Shown piece after piece: positions 1 through 13,024 of a stretch of 64,000 bases of DNA. Positions within the stretch are counted from its first letter, which is position 1; each line of letters starts with the position of its first letter. Source of the DNA: Carcharhinus longimanus (Eukaryota); assembly GCA_030264375.1 (NCBI GenBank), contig JASCQW010000032.1, positions 50,358,165-50,422,164 of the forward strand, given 5' to 3'. The translations under genes and the position numbers were made by a program. The notes under the pieces were generated by a model. The model had not been told where the DNA came from and ran no database searches. It was given only the letters and a program-made list of their open reading frames with translations.

Positions 1-2004
1 GTGGTGTTGTGAGACTTCTTACTGTGCCCACCTCAGCCCAATGCTGGCACCTCTACATCATGACTTCTGTTCTTGAAGACTCTTTGAAACAGTGCCATTC
101 AGTCTATTTTGCCTCCCCCATTCACTCATGCCAAAATGCATCACCACACGCTTCACTGTGTGACATCCTTCTGCCACTTGCCTGGACATTTTGTTAGCCG
201 ATCTATGTCCGATCTACGGCCATCCTCACTGTCAGCCAAATTTGGTATAATCAGAAAAATTTAGAAATTTGACTCTATATTTCAAGATCCAAGACATTCA
301 AAATACCCAAAAAAGAAGTGATCCTATGCTGGTGGAGCATTGCTGTCTACCATCCTCCAGACAACAAAACACACTTACCACGGCTCGCTGTTTTCAGTCC
401 TTACCTTGTTTTATCCAAGCTGACGTTGACACTCATGCTAGTATTTGCACAGTTGTCAACTTCTCCCATGGCTCTTTTGCAGATCTGTTTTTCANNNNNN
501 NNNNTGCCTCCTGTCTCTGCTCCCTCTCTGCATCTGCACAACAAGCAGAATCCATTCGCATCATGCATGGTATACTCTCACTAACTTTCATCCTCTGCAA
601 GGTGAGACAGTGTACAACACAAGGGAGTAGATGGAAAAAGAAATCGAACACTGGCAACAATAAATGCAGAGGTTAAAAAAAAATCAACATAATTGCAACA
701 ACGATTGTAAATGGCAGGCCATGGGTAGCAGCTCGCTTGAAATCTTTTTGTCTATATTTTGCTTGAAAAGTCCGCAAATAAATAGAAGACAACTGACTAC
801 TTGGTTCAAAGCTGCTTATTATTTGTACTAACTTCAACAATTAGCACTCTGGAATAAGTATCATCCATCCTTGGGGAATTATTACAGTACATGGGTCCTG
901 TAGTGTATCTAGAAAATCCAACTTGGTTTTATCAAAGTCATTAATATTGCCTGAGATAATTCTGTGGAGGGTATATTTCTCATGTAGTCCTTTGTGAATA
1001 CTTGCATGCTGATTACTATCCTGTACTTATGCTTTGTTTCAAGTCAGTGTGCATCCAATCTGGATCTCACCTCCTCCCTGACTGCCCTTTTACTATTGAA
1101 ATACTGAAAGAATATCTTACTGCCAGCTATGCACATAGGGCTATGTTTCAGATTTTCCAGTGCTCTTCTTATCAACTTTTGGACATATTAATGGACATTA
1201 TTGACCACTCCACCCCTAGTATTTTGTAGTCGTTGCTGAGATCCTCTTACAGAAGATAGAAGAATAGCATTTAGCATGTATGTAACATACACAGACCTAT
1301 ATGGTTCAGTTTGATTCTCTGTCATGGAGGAGAAAGAACATTTGTACTTTTGTACTACAAAACCAGATGTTTTCACACAATTGTCCATGTTGTTAATTCA
1401 GTTGTTTCACTACTCTTCTTTATTCTGCACACAGGCTGTCCCTCTCGCTTTTACACACACACTTACAGACTACAATTTTGTGCTACTATCATTGGTGGTA
1501 GCACTGTGGAAATTTTGAAGGCACAAAATGACGTGAGCTACACTGCTGGCCACTTCCAGCAGCTTCCACATTGATGTTCCATGCAGGGCGCTATAGATTG
1601 GGTGTACCATGTGTATGTCGATAACAAGAGAAAGGGTCAGATAGTGATGTCAATCGGCCATTCAAACTAAAATGGCACATGCTTTTTAAACTTGTTCTGT
1701 GTTTGTTAACTGACTGCCTGAGCTAATCACTCTCAGCTACACAAGGGACCCCTCCCACTCACAGGAATCCTACTTGCAGGTGAGGTGTGTGTCATTCATG
1801 CTGGGGAGAAGTTTGTGCAAGTCCAGTGGTTTGTTTTTAGAGATTTGGGGAACATGGGCAAAAATTCAGGGAGGGCAGAGAGGTCACAGATCTCCCTGAA
1901 TGGTAGAACAGATTCAAGGGGATAAATGACCCATTCCTTTTCCAATGATCCAAGGAGAGGCAATTACATTGTGTTCAAGTTAAGGGTGGAGAAGTAAGAT
2001 CAGC

Positions 2005-2640
2005 AAGCACATGGATTTGCCAGGATAGCAGGATTCCCAATGACGCAGAGGGCTATCTATGGAATTTATGTTATTCTGCAGTGCTTCTATGTCAACATGG
2101 AGAGCTATCGAAATCACAAGGTCTCGGATTCCATCAATGTTCAATCGCTGTGCAACCATGCACAGTACATCAGATGAGTGAGAGTTTCTATTGTGGCATT
2201 CAGAGGCAGTCTATCATTCCTGCCATCTTCGTACCTCCATGAACACCCAGAGGCTAACAAATGCTAACTCCTGTTAACGTGGCTGAAAACCCCTTCTGTT
2301 CCCTTCTGTTATTTGACTGCATAAAGATAGCAGGTGTAAAACAAGAGAAATGGAGTTCACCAAGTACCTCATGAAGCAGATCAATGACATGCCAAAGGAA
2401 CATTTCCAATAACTTGGAGCATGTCTCCAGGTTCCTGGTGATCTGCTGCATCCTCCACAGCATCACCGTCATGAGTGCAGTCATTACCATCAAGGATTTG
2501 GAGGCCAACTCAGAGGGAGGATGAGGAGATAGAGGAGGAGGTGGATGAAGTGGAAGTGGAAGAGGAGACACCCAGGACACCTTCATCCTCGACAAGCTGT
2601 GAGAGAGCAGGGGCTCAGACTCCATTATTATACCACTTTG
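2005..2640 (+). mobile_element. Older, more decayed Harbinger transposase fragment
   Basis: GFARIAGFP, SINVQSLCNH, LLTWLKTP and EHVSRFLVICCILH remnants, then a Glu-rich tail. Confidence 0.7.
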
Positions 2641-2804
2641 CCTCCACCATTCTCAGCCTCACCATCTATAGAAACATAGAAAATCTGGGATGCCCTTTCA
2701 CATCATCCCCTTGGTCTAAATTTACAATAAAAGCCACCATAACATGATCCATAATTCCATAAACATCTCAGTCCCAAGATAGTGCTGAAGAAGTTCCTCA
2801 GGAT

Positions 2805-3060
2805 AATAAGTAAAATACTGCAGATACTGAAACCTGAAACAGAGACTGCTGGAAAAACTCAGCAGGTCTGGCAGCATCTGGAGGGAGAGAAAACAGAGTT
2901 AACGTTCCGAATCTCTTTGCCTGTTCATCAGAACTGAGACATAGGAAAAATCTGTTAGATATTATACTATAGCTGGAATAGGTTGCAAGGAAGTGTGGAA
3001 AACATAAGAGCAAGAGATAGATGAGCAGATTTGGGGAGGAGGAAAGAAGTGTTTTTGCCA
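2805..3060 (-). mobile_element. Penelope-like terminal fragment
   Basis: GCTGGAAAAACTCAGCAGGTCTGGCAGCATCTGGAGGGAGAGAAAACAGAGTTAACG matches 61975-62045. Confidence 0.7.
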
Positions 3061-3084
3061 TCAGTACTGAGGGAGAGGGAATTT

Positions 3085-3630
3085 ATCCTCACTATCCCTA
3101 GAATAATGTCCAGGCCCAATCATCTTCAGCTGTTTAATCAATGACCTTTCCTTCACCACAAGGTCAGAATTGGGAATGTTTTCTCCTGATCACACAATGT
3201 TCAGCACCATTCATGAATCCTCAGGCTCTGCAGCAGTCCATATCCAAATGCAGCAAGACCTGGACAACATATATGCTTGGGCTGACAAATGGCAAGTAAC
3301 TTTTGTGCCACACAAATGCCTGGGGGGGGGTGGGGGGTTCTTTCAGGGTACACAAGTGCCTGGGTATGACCATCTTCAACAAGAGAAGATCTAATCATCT
3401 CCCATTGACATTCAATGGCATTACCATCACTGAACCCTGCACAATCAACTTTCTGTGGTTACCATTGACCAGAAACCCAACTGGGCTAGCCAAATAAATA
3501 TTGTGGTTAGACAAACAGGTAAGAGGCTGGGAATTCTGTAGCATGTAACTCACCTCCTGCCTCCCCATAACCTGTCCAACATCTACATGGCACATACCAG
3601 GAGTCTGATGGAATAATCACCACTTGCCTG
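3085..3630 (+). mobile_element. CR1-like LINE reverse-transcriptase fragment
   Basis: FSPDHTMFSTI...MQQDLDNIYAWADKWQVTFVPHKC, a decayed FADD motif with the downstream RT region. Confidence 0.8.
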
Positions 3631-3639
3631 TTATGAGGA

Positions 3640-4660
3640 TGTACTTTTCTAAAAACAAAGAAACAGGGCAAAATATTAACAAAAAATTGTTGGTTCCAGT
3701 GAGAAAAACGGCATGTTTCAGACCTGTTTTATCCCCAGATCTTACCATGCTTCGTCACAAAAAACAGCTGGATGTGCCTAATACCAGCATATCAGGAGCA
3801 AGGCTTAAACATGTTGGCAAAGCCCAGCTGTACTGAGATCAAAAAGTAACCTCCCCACCCCACCATGGAGCACCCCTCCATCTGCACCACTCCCCAAACC
3901 CCAACCAGCTCTGGTATTCACCACCCCCATCCTTCCCCTGCTTCCCACCCCTGCCCCTGGCATTCAGAGTAAGCATTCACCTGCCTCCCTCAAATAGTTA
4001 ATGCTGGCACCCTCCACCCACCTTCCCTTCCCCCCCACCCCCAAACATTGGACCCCTTCCCTCCCATTGCTGGTATCCCCAGCTCTCAAATGCACTTCCC
4101 CAACCCCCCCCATCACCACAAATAAATGAGTCCCCTCTCTCCCCCAAAAGGCTCCCATTGGGGTTCATGCCTGGTATTGCCACCTGGCACAGGTTGACAT
4201 TGCCAAGTTGGCATGCCACATTGATACTGCAGGGATGGCATGGTGCCAACATGACAGTGCCAACATCCACCAAAGGGCAATGCCGGGGGAAGTGCTGGTG
4301 CTCTGCCTGGTTGTGTCCCTCACCCCTGGGGGTTATATTCATCTTTACTCCCACAGGTGGATCCCCACAACAGGTTCATACCTGAAGGAACCAATTGTAA
4401 ANNNNNNNNNNGTGATATCATATTGGTGAGATTTTAAAATACACCTTGAGCTAAGCGAGGGGGACCTTTAACAATATGGCAGTGTTTGGAAATGTATTTA
4501 AATCACAACAGGCGTGAACCTCATTATGTCACTGGTGAAGGGCGATGGAAATTGGAAGTCGTTATCTTGCCAATGAGATCCACGAGTTCTGGGTTTCTTG
4601 AACCTCTCCACCATTCCCATGGACAGAAAGCCCTAGTTCAAGATCATCCACAATTTCACT
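3640..4660. mobile_element. Related non-autonomous DNA transposon, opposite orientation
   Basis: C-rich block and TGCCA/TGGCA repeats (4170-4290). Confidence 0.5.
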
Positions 4661-5398
4661 TTCTTTTTTCCTGGTTGGATTTTTTAAAACTACAATGACT
4701 GTCCTTTTATGGATCAACCTGCAGGCATGGGTCCTATGACCCAGGGAGCCAATCAGGGTGCCAGGTGGAAGATCAGCCTGGTAAGTACAGCCTTTTGGAC
4801 TCAGAATCATCTCAGGAACTGACTGGAGCCATGTGGCTGCAAGCCTCTGCATTGTTCCAACCTGTAAATAAAGAAGTTATGTTTTCCCTGAACGGGTGAG
4901 AGCATCTTTACAAAAACATAAACTGAAATCCTATTGCGACAATGGAGGACTGCCAGCCAGATAGAAAATGCAAGGTTTCATTCCACCAAGTGGGATGAAA
5001 AAGAACAGACACTCAAACTATGCCCTCACCCTCCCTCCCCCATGAAAGATTCATCTCCTGTTGGATTTTACACTATTCTGAAATTTTTCAAAAGTTTCTG
5101 AGATGTGACATCAGAATATATCTACTTGTTCTAAAAACAATGACTGCAGCAGGCATGGCTAAATAAAACTCCTCTGGAATACATAGCTTTAAGAAGTTAA
5201 ATAACTGTTTACTAAGTCAGAGAAATCAAACACCAGAATGCCGTACTAAAAGGCACCATATAAGCTGTTTCCTCTCTCTTTCTCTCTCTCGGTTCCTTGT
5301 GCCATCTTCTTCATAAACTGTAAAGCTAAGCTTTAAGCCTAACCTCTTATTGTACCATCTGTACTTGTGAGTGTGAGTGAATGTGTATGTTTGTGTTC

Positions 5399-5424
5399 TG
5401 TGTGTGTGTGTGTGTGTGTGTGTG
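5399..5424 (+). repeat. (TG)n microsatellite within an LTR-like segment
   Basis: Directly visible TG run. Confidence 0.95.
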
Positions 5425-5724
5425 TATGGAGTGTGTTGGGGAGGAGTTGGGGGTGGGTGCAGGGAATGCATGTGACGTATGAATGATGGTTGTGATTTAC
5501 CTAATTTGTTTTTAAATTCAAAAAGTCATTTCCATAAACTTGTTCTTTGTTTAAATTCAGAAACTTGTCTGATTAATTATTTATGATCTAAAAACATACA
5601 TAATGGGACTCTTGCAAAGCACATCCTCTCTTAATTCACACAAAAAAACTGTTCACAGTCAATCCTGGAGTGGTAGCACAAAAGAGTTGTTTTTACCCTT
5701 CATTATGTAATTGTAATACCTCAT

Positions 5725-6525
5725 TGAGTGCAGCTCCAACAACATTTGAAAAGCCTGACCCCACCCATGACAAAGTAGTCTGCTTGTTTGGCACCACATC
5801 CTCCACCTTAAATATTAACTCCCTCCATCAGTGAAGTACAGTGGCAGCAGTGCGTAAGATCTACAAGATGCACTGCAGCAACTCACCAAGGCTCCTACAA
5901 CAGTTCCTTACAAACTTTCATCCTCTACCACATGGAAGGATAAGTACAGTAGATTCATGTGAATACCACCACCTGCAATTTCCCTTCCAAGCCACACACT
6001 ATCCTGACTTGGAACTATATCACCATTCCTTCACTGTCAATGGGTCAACATCCTAGAACACCCTCCCTAACAGCATCATGGGTATACCTACACCACATGG
6101 ACTGCAGTGGTTCAAGAAGACACGGTGGCACAGTGGTTAGTGCTGCTGCCTCACAGTGCCAGTGACCCAGGTTCAATTCCAGCTTCAAGTCATTGTCTGC
6201 GTGGAGTTTGCGCATTCTTCCCGCATTTGCATGCGTTTTCTCCAGGTGCTCCAGTTTCCTCCCACAGTCCAAAGATGTGCGGGCTAGGTTGATTGGCCAT
6301 GCTAAATTAACCATGGTGTCAGGGGATTAGCAGGATAAACATGTGTGTTGCAGGAATAGGGCCTGGGTGAGAACGTGGTGCAGACACGATGCGTCGAACG
6401 GCCTCCTTCTGCACTGTCGGGATTCTATGAAGACAGCTCACCACCACTTTCTCAGTGCTAATTAGTGATGGACAATAAACATTGGCCCGGCCAGCAAAGC
6501 CCTCCATTCCATGAATGAATAAATA
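5725..6525 (+). mobile_element. CR1-like LINE 3' end (RT C-terminus and 3'UTR), split by a SINE
   Basis: IYKMHCSNSPRLLQQ frame; tail GATGGACAATAAACATTGGCC...ATGAATGAATAAA. Same family at 3085-3630 (+), 31915-32500 (-) and 33620-33740 (-). Confidence 0.8.
6123..6428 (+). mobile_element. HE1-type tRNA-derived V-SINE, nested in a LINE 3' end
   Basis: A-box TGGCACAGTGG, B-box GGTTCAATTCC, V-domain GGTGCTCCAGTTTCCTCCCACAGTCCAAAGATGTGC, tail GATTCTATGA; TSD GAAGACA (6116-6122, 6429-6435). Confidence 0.88.
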
Positions 6526-6639
6526 AATTTAAAAAGCATCTCTATCCCAAAACACATCCACTTATAGAAGTAGTATTCACCTTTAGTGTCTGACTGATGG
6601 ATTACCTTTGCATGGTTGTTGCTACCATACAGTGATAGA

Positions 6640-7290
6640 CTAGTGTCTATGGCTGCTGGAAGCCTGATGACTTTTACCATGCAAAGCTATAGATTCCCTT
6701 GCAGGACCCTTCCCAAGCAGCTCTGGCTTTATGTTTCAGATTGCACTGGTCAGCATACGTGGCAGCAATATGTGTTGGCTGGTTGAAAGGCAAGAACACT
6801 GGCAACGTAGCAGTAGTGGGAGCAAGGATGCAGTCATGCTGAGAGAGGGCAGCATGCGTTCCACGGTGCCATTGCAACTCCCTCAGAGCAGTACCTCTGT
6901 AATCCTAGTAATCTGTTAGGAGACAGATTGCTGGACTATCATGAGAGTGTGCATGCCCATTTGAATATTCCACAATTGTGTTGGCAGTAGCGTGAATCTA
7001 TATAACAACACGCAAGGATCTCAGGGCCACTGTCTGTGCATCCACTGCAGCACTGAGATGTGGAGTGACTGCTGTGTGGGTTACAATAAAAGCTGAGACA
7101 GTGGCCAATAGACATGACAGCTTAGCTGGATCCAGACATGCGGTCATCACTTCCACATTGGAAAAGACAGCCTCTAAGATCTGCATGATGGCCTGTGCCA
7201 TATTAAAGCTGGGCTCCTCCTTGCTGATGATCTGGCAGACTTGCAAATGTACCAAGCATTCTTCCAGCATTGCTATCAGGTTCTGAGTGT
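6640..7290 (-). mobile_element. Possible remnant of a Harbinger accessory (Myb/SANT-type) ORF
   Basis: Minus-strand ORF 6998-7270 resembles the helical C-terminal part of such ORFs; no diagnostic motif is visible. Confidence 0.3.
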
Positions 7291-9354
7291 GGCGGAACCC
7301 ACAGAGTCCAGGAATTAATAGTAATTTTAAAATGCAGTCACAGCTGTAATGTCAGAAAGGCTTGCTGGTACTCACAGCTATTGCCATTAGGTTTTAGAAT
7401 TTATCCAGCTTTGAGAAAACAGTGCCAAGAACAGTCTTTGCCAAACATTCCAAACACAAAACCAATCAAACAGGACAATAAGTGTATTACAGCCTGAACT
7501 CTGGGGACTCGATCAGTTGAGTTTGGGAGCTACACATGACCTGAGGGACACAGATTGGATTTCCTTGGTATATGGATTTTTTCACAGCTCCATATAGAAT
7601 GTCTGAAGCAAGTTAATGACCTGTAATTCAACTGATTGCATTGGACATGCTACATAAAAATAGAGGAATATTGAAAGTTCATGATCTCAAGCAACAATTT
7701 AACTTGGTACCAGTTTGGTCCATTTTTCATGGGCTGATACTAATTTCCAAATCCATGTTTCAGATCAAAATAGGATACACATTGAAATTCCTAGTTATCT
7801 CTGGGGTTAGTTCTTGTGAAAAGCTGCAAAATTAAAACATTTAAGAGCCTTCTGTACAGAAGCATAAGATTCTGAATTTAAAAATTATTTGGAAATTCTT
7901 TTCACTGGGATTCTTTCTAATTTTGTCCTTCACAGTGGCTCATGCATGATCTATCCCCATTTAGCAGTGGAATGAAGAAGCAGCAGTCAAATGCCTCTAC
8001 AGAGACCCTTGCTAATGTTTTGCTATGGAATACATGAGAGGAGGTATATTTTAATGCGGCAATGTGTGAGAATTTGCTTCCTGACATTCCACCCAGCACC
8101 CAGACGGCGAACCTGCAAACTCATTACACTGAGTGGAAATGACTGTCGACTTCTTTGAGTCACTAAATCATATTGGTTTGAAGAAATTGNNNNNNNNNNN
8201 NNNNNNNNNNNNNNNNNNNNNNNNNNNNNNNNNNNNNNNNNNNNNNNNNNNNNNNNNNNNNNNNNNNNNNNNNNNNNNNNNNNNNNNNNAAATTGCCTTA
8301 AAAATGACACTACCAGCTAATAACTGCTCCTTAGAAGGACTGAATATTTCAGTTTTACCTGATATGAAGGTATCTTAAAATTGATGCAATATCAATGAAA
8401 TGATATCTCTGCTGGGACTATTTCTTAATGGTCCTAATGCAAGATTCCCAATAGTGCAGTGTTCAACAATTAATGAGGACAATTATCATCATTATATCCC
8501 CACTTCCCCAAACCACTCTGGCAAGCCCCAGCTTAATTGTTATTCAGGCCATGCCACAAATCTTTTTCAGATAGCAAGCCTAAAGCTTGCACCAGTAAGC
8601 AGCCGATCATTAGGACAGGCACATATCTGAGCTCAACGTGTACCTAGCTTTGCAAAGCATTGGTGCGAACCAGCCTAATGGTGATGTCCCCCTTTTGGTC
8701 AACTCCGTATTTATTATTAGCAGTTCATGCTATAATTTCTGACCTAGTTCAAAATCCTATTATAGCTGATCAATAGTTTATAATGACTTAGATATTGAGA
8801 CTGACTTTAATTGCAGGAGTATTGTGATTTCATTATAACAGAACTAATTTCATTCAGTTACACTGCGATTATTTGAATTTATCCATATAAAGAGAGGTTT
8901 ACTGCCAGATTATTGATAAGAGGCAAAAAGTGAAAGCTAATGTTCTTGTAAACAAATGCCTTAACTAGAAATGAATGTCCACTCCACATTAAGTTGCTGT
9001 TCTCATTGGCAGAAGGATCGAGAACAAAAGGCTTTAAAGATGGTTTGCAAAAAGAAAGAAAAATGCTTTTAAGCACACCCTAAGAGTGTGATGGTTGAAG
9101 ATTAAATTGTGGCTTTCAAACGAGAGTTGGAGCATTCTCTGAAGAGAAAATAAAAACTGCAGGAGAAACTCAGAGGAATGGGACTAAGCGAGTTGTTTTA
9201 GGGGCATAATAGACCAAAAGGCCTCCTTTTCTCCTGTAACCATTTTATGTCTCTAACTTAAAAGTTGCTCTCTTTAATAACAGAATTCTGCATTATGTAC
9301 TTTTATGATTTAATCAACTGCATTGTCTTTAAAAGTAAAATTGATTCAAAGACA

Positions 9355-9501
9355 GCGTGGGATTCCTTCTCCCAGTGGTGACAGGAAACTCCAGTCCTAC
9401 TGATGTCAATGGCTTTTTCCATGGCTCACTTCTTTTTTTGGGGGGGCCATTGGCAAGATTGGAAGATTTTGCTGGTGGGAAGGGCTGGAAAATTCCAGCC
9501 A
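9355..9501. mobile_element. Short MITE-like element; similar elements at ~12440-12560 and ~13533-13816
   Basis: Imperfect terminal inverted repeats of the GGG...GGATTTTCC / GGAAAAT...CC type. Confidence 0.5.
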
Positions 9502-9918
9502 GTCTTTTCTTCTTGTCGGTCAACTGAAAAAAAAATTGAAAAAGATAGATCCTGAGCATAGAATTATAGAACGTTGCAGCACAGAAACAGCGTTTTGGCT
9601 CACCAAATCTTCAGTACTGCCATTTCCTCTTAATCACTTTTCATGTCCTTCGATCCAAAATTTGATACACCACCATTATCCATAGAGATGGATTTAATTA
9701 GAACCCTTTCCATTTCCTGTTTAAATGATTCTCATTGACGATTTAAGATTCTATTTGGCAATATTTCATTTCATTTAATCTAAGTGAGGTTCCTATTTAT
9801 CTCACTATTGTGCAACCAATGATCCACACCTTCAACTTTTTTTTCCATTTTTGCACTCATATTGGGATCATTGTTGCCCCAATATTCCTCCATTTTTGCA
9901 CTACCTTCGTAGTCCACT

Positions 9919-10165
9919 TCATAGAATCATAGAATCCTACAGTGCAGAAGAAGGCCATTCGGCCCAACGAGCCTGCACCGACCACAATCTCACCAAGGCC
10001 CCATCCATATAACCCCATCACTTACCCCAGCTAGTCCCCCTGACACCAACAGGCAATTTAGCATGACCAATCCACCGAACCCACACATCTTTGGACTATG
10101 GGAGGAAACCGGAGCACCCGAGGAAACCCATGCAGACGTGGAGAGAATGTGCAAACTCCACACAG
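9919..10165 (-). mobile_element. HE1-type V-SINE, 5'-truncated
   Basis: Reverse complement of the V-domain and the (CATAGAAT)n tail. Confidence 0.85.
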
Positions 10166-11323
10166 CTCATATTCAGGATCAGATCAGACGGTGTTCACTT
10201 CATTTTTGGAATGGTAGCATGAGAAAACAGTCCTGAAAAAGCTACCAGCATGCAGAGAAATGAAATGTTTAATGACAGAAGCACTGCTTTCCAGAGAAAA
10301 GGAATTTGCATTTCATTGTTCCCTATATGTTAAACAATTACAGAGTAGCTCGCTTTTACACTGCTTGTGATAAACAAAGACAGAACTTACATTTAGATAG
10401 CACATTTCTCAGGATATTCTACAATGCTTAATAGCTAATTAATTACTTCTGAAGTTTGTTCATCTTTGTTATGTATGCAAACATGATTATTATTTTCAGC
10501 ACAGCAAGATCCAATCAAGGGCATTGAGATGGATGACTGGTTAATCTTTTGTTGGTTGATGGTGAAATATTGTCCAAGCTGTTCATATTTCATCAGCAAC
10601 AATATCTTGGAAATCCACAGCCCTCCATGCATAGTCCCATCGCGGCTTCTTTGGGAATCCAATGGAAGGGCGGAACAAGGCTTAGAAATGGATACGTCAG
10701 CTCTGTACAAATGTTGAACTTTCCTGGCAATGGAATTTCTGCCCACTCCAAACAACATCATCAGAATAAGAGGGGCAGGGTTAGATTAGGGGCAGGGATT
10801 TCCTACACTTGCAATTCTCACAAAGATTCCCAGCAGCGCTGAGATCCTAGACCACAGGTCAGCACATTGAAGATTTGGGCACCATCAGGAATCAACTTTG
10901 AAAACAAAATCAGTTTTTATCAGGTCCTGGGATGTGGAAACTGGAATTTCTTCCTGAAACATGATTAAGAATTAAAAATACAAGATTAAAATTACATGAA
11001 ATCCATTCATAACTATAACCAGAGAAAAGTTAAAACAAATTGCTTTACACAGCTTTCTATGTGTGATAACTTGTTATGGCAGGTATAAAACAAGAAAATT
11101 TATTCAATGAGAAGAAACTATTTACAACTAAAGGATTTGTAACACAACTCTCGTCCCAACAACTCCCCAACACACCCTGTAGATTTCCACCCCCGGGGCT
11201 GCATACTGTCACTCCCAATTTTCCGGGGTTCATGTGTTCATGTTCCATTGTTTCTGGCCGGTCACATGGCCCATGAAGGATTGTCTCTTAAAGGAGCCAT
11301 GCTACACACTATGAGTACATACT

Positions 11324-12308
11324 GGGCATGGTTTTCTTTCTTCACCAGACTACCGGTCTAGCATAGAAGGGTGAGAAATTCAAGTAAAAAATCTGATACC
11401 CTCCTGGCATCCAGCAGGTCATGATATTCCCAAGCCATTTTCCTTGACATAATCAGTCTTCTGTGGGGAACTCCATGAGACTGATTTAAATATTCAGCAG
11501 CTCAATAAAATCCATCTAGTGAGCTCCAGATGCTATTGTCCAGGCTCACTTGGATTTCCGACCTCGCTGCTGGTGGTCCACACCAACGGGGATCAAAGCT
11601 GGTACCCAGCAATGGGGACCAGACATGATGACTTTGACAGTAGGACCAGAGGCCAATGAGGTCCCCCAGGAAGTCAGGGGCAGGGAGGGCAGCTTGGCAC
11701 CCTGGCACTGCCCACTAAGCATCCTGACACTGCTAGCCTGGCACACTGGCAGTGTCCACTGGGTAGCAGGCAGTGCTGGGGTGGGGGTGGGCCCCCACAC
11801 GGATGGAGCCAGATGTGGGTGGGGCCAGAAATAGGTGGTGGTATGAGGGATGAGAAGGGGAACTCTACATCAGGGGGTGGGGACTAGTTGTGGGGCTGAC
11901 AATTGGAGGTCAGAGCTGGAACTCAATGGCAGAGGGTTGCAAGGGGTCAGGACCACTGATTGGGAGGCTGGTGATTGGGAGGGGCTTAATGCCAGCAACT
12001 GCGGGAGGCTGGGGCTGCTTATTGGGGAGGCTATTTGGAGGCCAGCAATGTCTGGAGGGTGGGGACGATGTCAACCAAACTCCCAGTATACTGAGTGATG
12101 GGCACATGCGTGATGGCACCCTGAATGCAATGTTGTGACTTCTCTGGCAGGTTTAGGATCCCCCCTACTGGCATGAATCACCTGACAGCCTTTGCATTGC
12201 ACAGGGTACCATTAATTCATAGAACTCACCTTGCCAAAGAAACGGGTGGGAAAACCTCCCATTTTTCTGCCAGTTGGATACTTTGAATTTTTTGGGAAAA
12301 TTGCCCCC
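11324..12308. mobile_element. Related non-autonomous DNA transposon
   Basis: TGGCAC repeats; right end ACTTTGAATTTTTTGGGAAAATTGCCCCC matches the end of the 19.9-21.0 kb element. Confidence 0.6.
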
Positions 12309-12734
12309 AGTGTTCTTTCGATTCTCAATAATCGGATGTTACCTCTTGAGGAATGCTTTTGCCTTTACTCCATTCTTTATTTAGTGTTGTCATTTGGTTT
12401 CCAATAGTTTTACGTTAAGCAATATTTTTTAAAAAATACAGGAGCAATTCTCCCAGCTTGCTGTGCTGCTCCAGCAGTGCACAGAGTGTGGGAGATTCAT
12501 TTCGATATTTGATTTTTACACAAATTTGACACTTAGAATTTTTTGGGGAGAATCCCACCCACCATGTTTTAAGGTCAAATGATTGTCAAAGAGAAAGATC
12601 AGAATTTTTTTTAAATTTAAAGTAGCCCCACGAAGAGGAAGGTCATTGGTGCAACACTATTTTTTCCTGGGAGGTTAAGTACCCTCACCCTCCCTATTCA
12701 GGAAACATTCAGCCAGATTTCTGTTTATTTTTCC

Positions 12735-13024
12735 AGCCTTGAGTGACTGTCTGTGTGAAGTCTGCACACTCTCCCCGTGTCTGTGTGGGTTTCCTCTGGG
12801 TGCTCCGGTTTCCTCCCGCAGCCCAGAGGTGTGCACGTTAAGTGGATTGGCTATGCCAAATCACTCCTTCATGTCCAAAGGTGTGTAGGTTAGGTGAGTT
12901 AATCATGAGAAATATGCAGGGTTATGGGAATAGGGTGGAGGGGAGAGATTGGGTGGGATGCAGAGTCGGTGCAGACTCGATGTGCTGGATGACGTCTTTC
13001 TGCATGGTCGGGATTCTATGATTC
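12735..13024 (+). mobile_element. HE1-type V-SINE lacking most of the head
   Basis: CTGTCTGTGTGAAGTCTGCAC...GGTGCTCCGGTTTCCTCCC...GGATTCTATGATTC. Confidence 0.85.

Noticed and set aside
6123-6200. tRNA-like A/B boxes here and in other copies
   Set aside because: These are SINE heads followed by SINE bodies, not tRNA genes.
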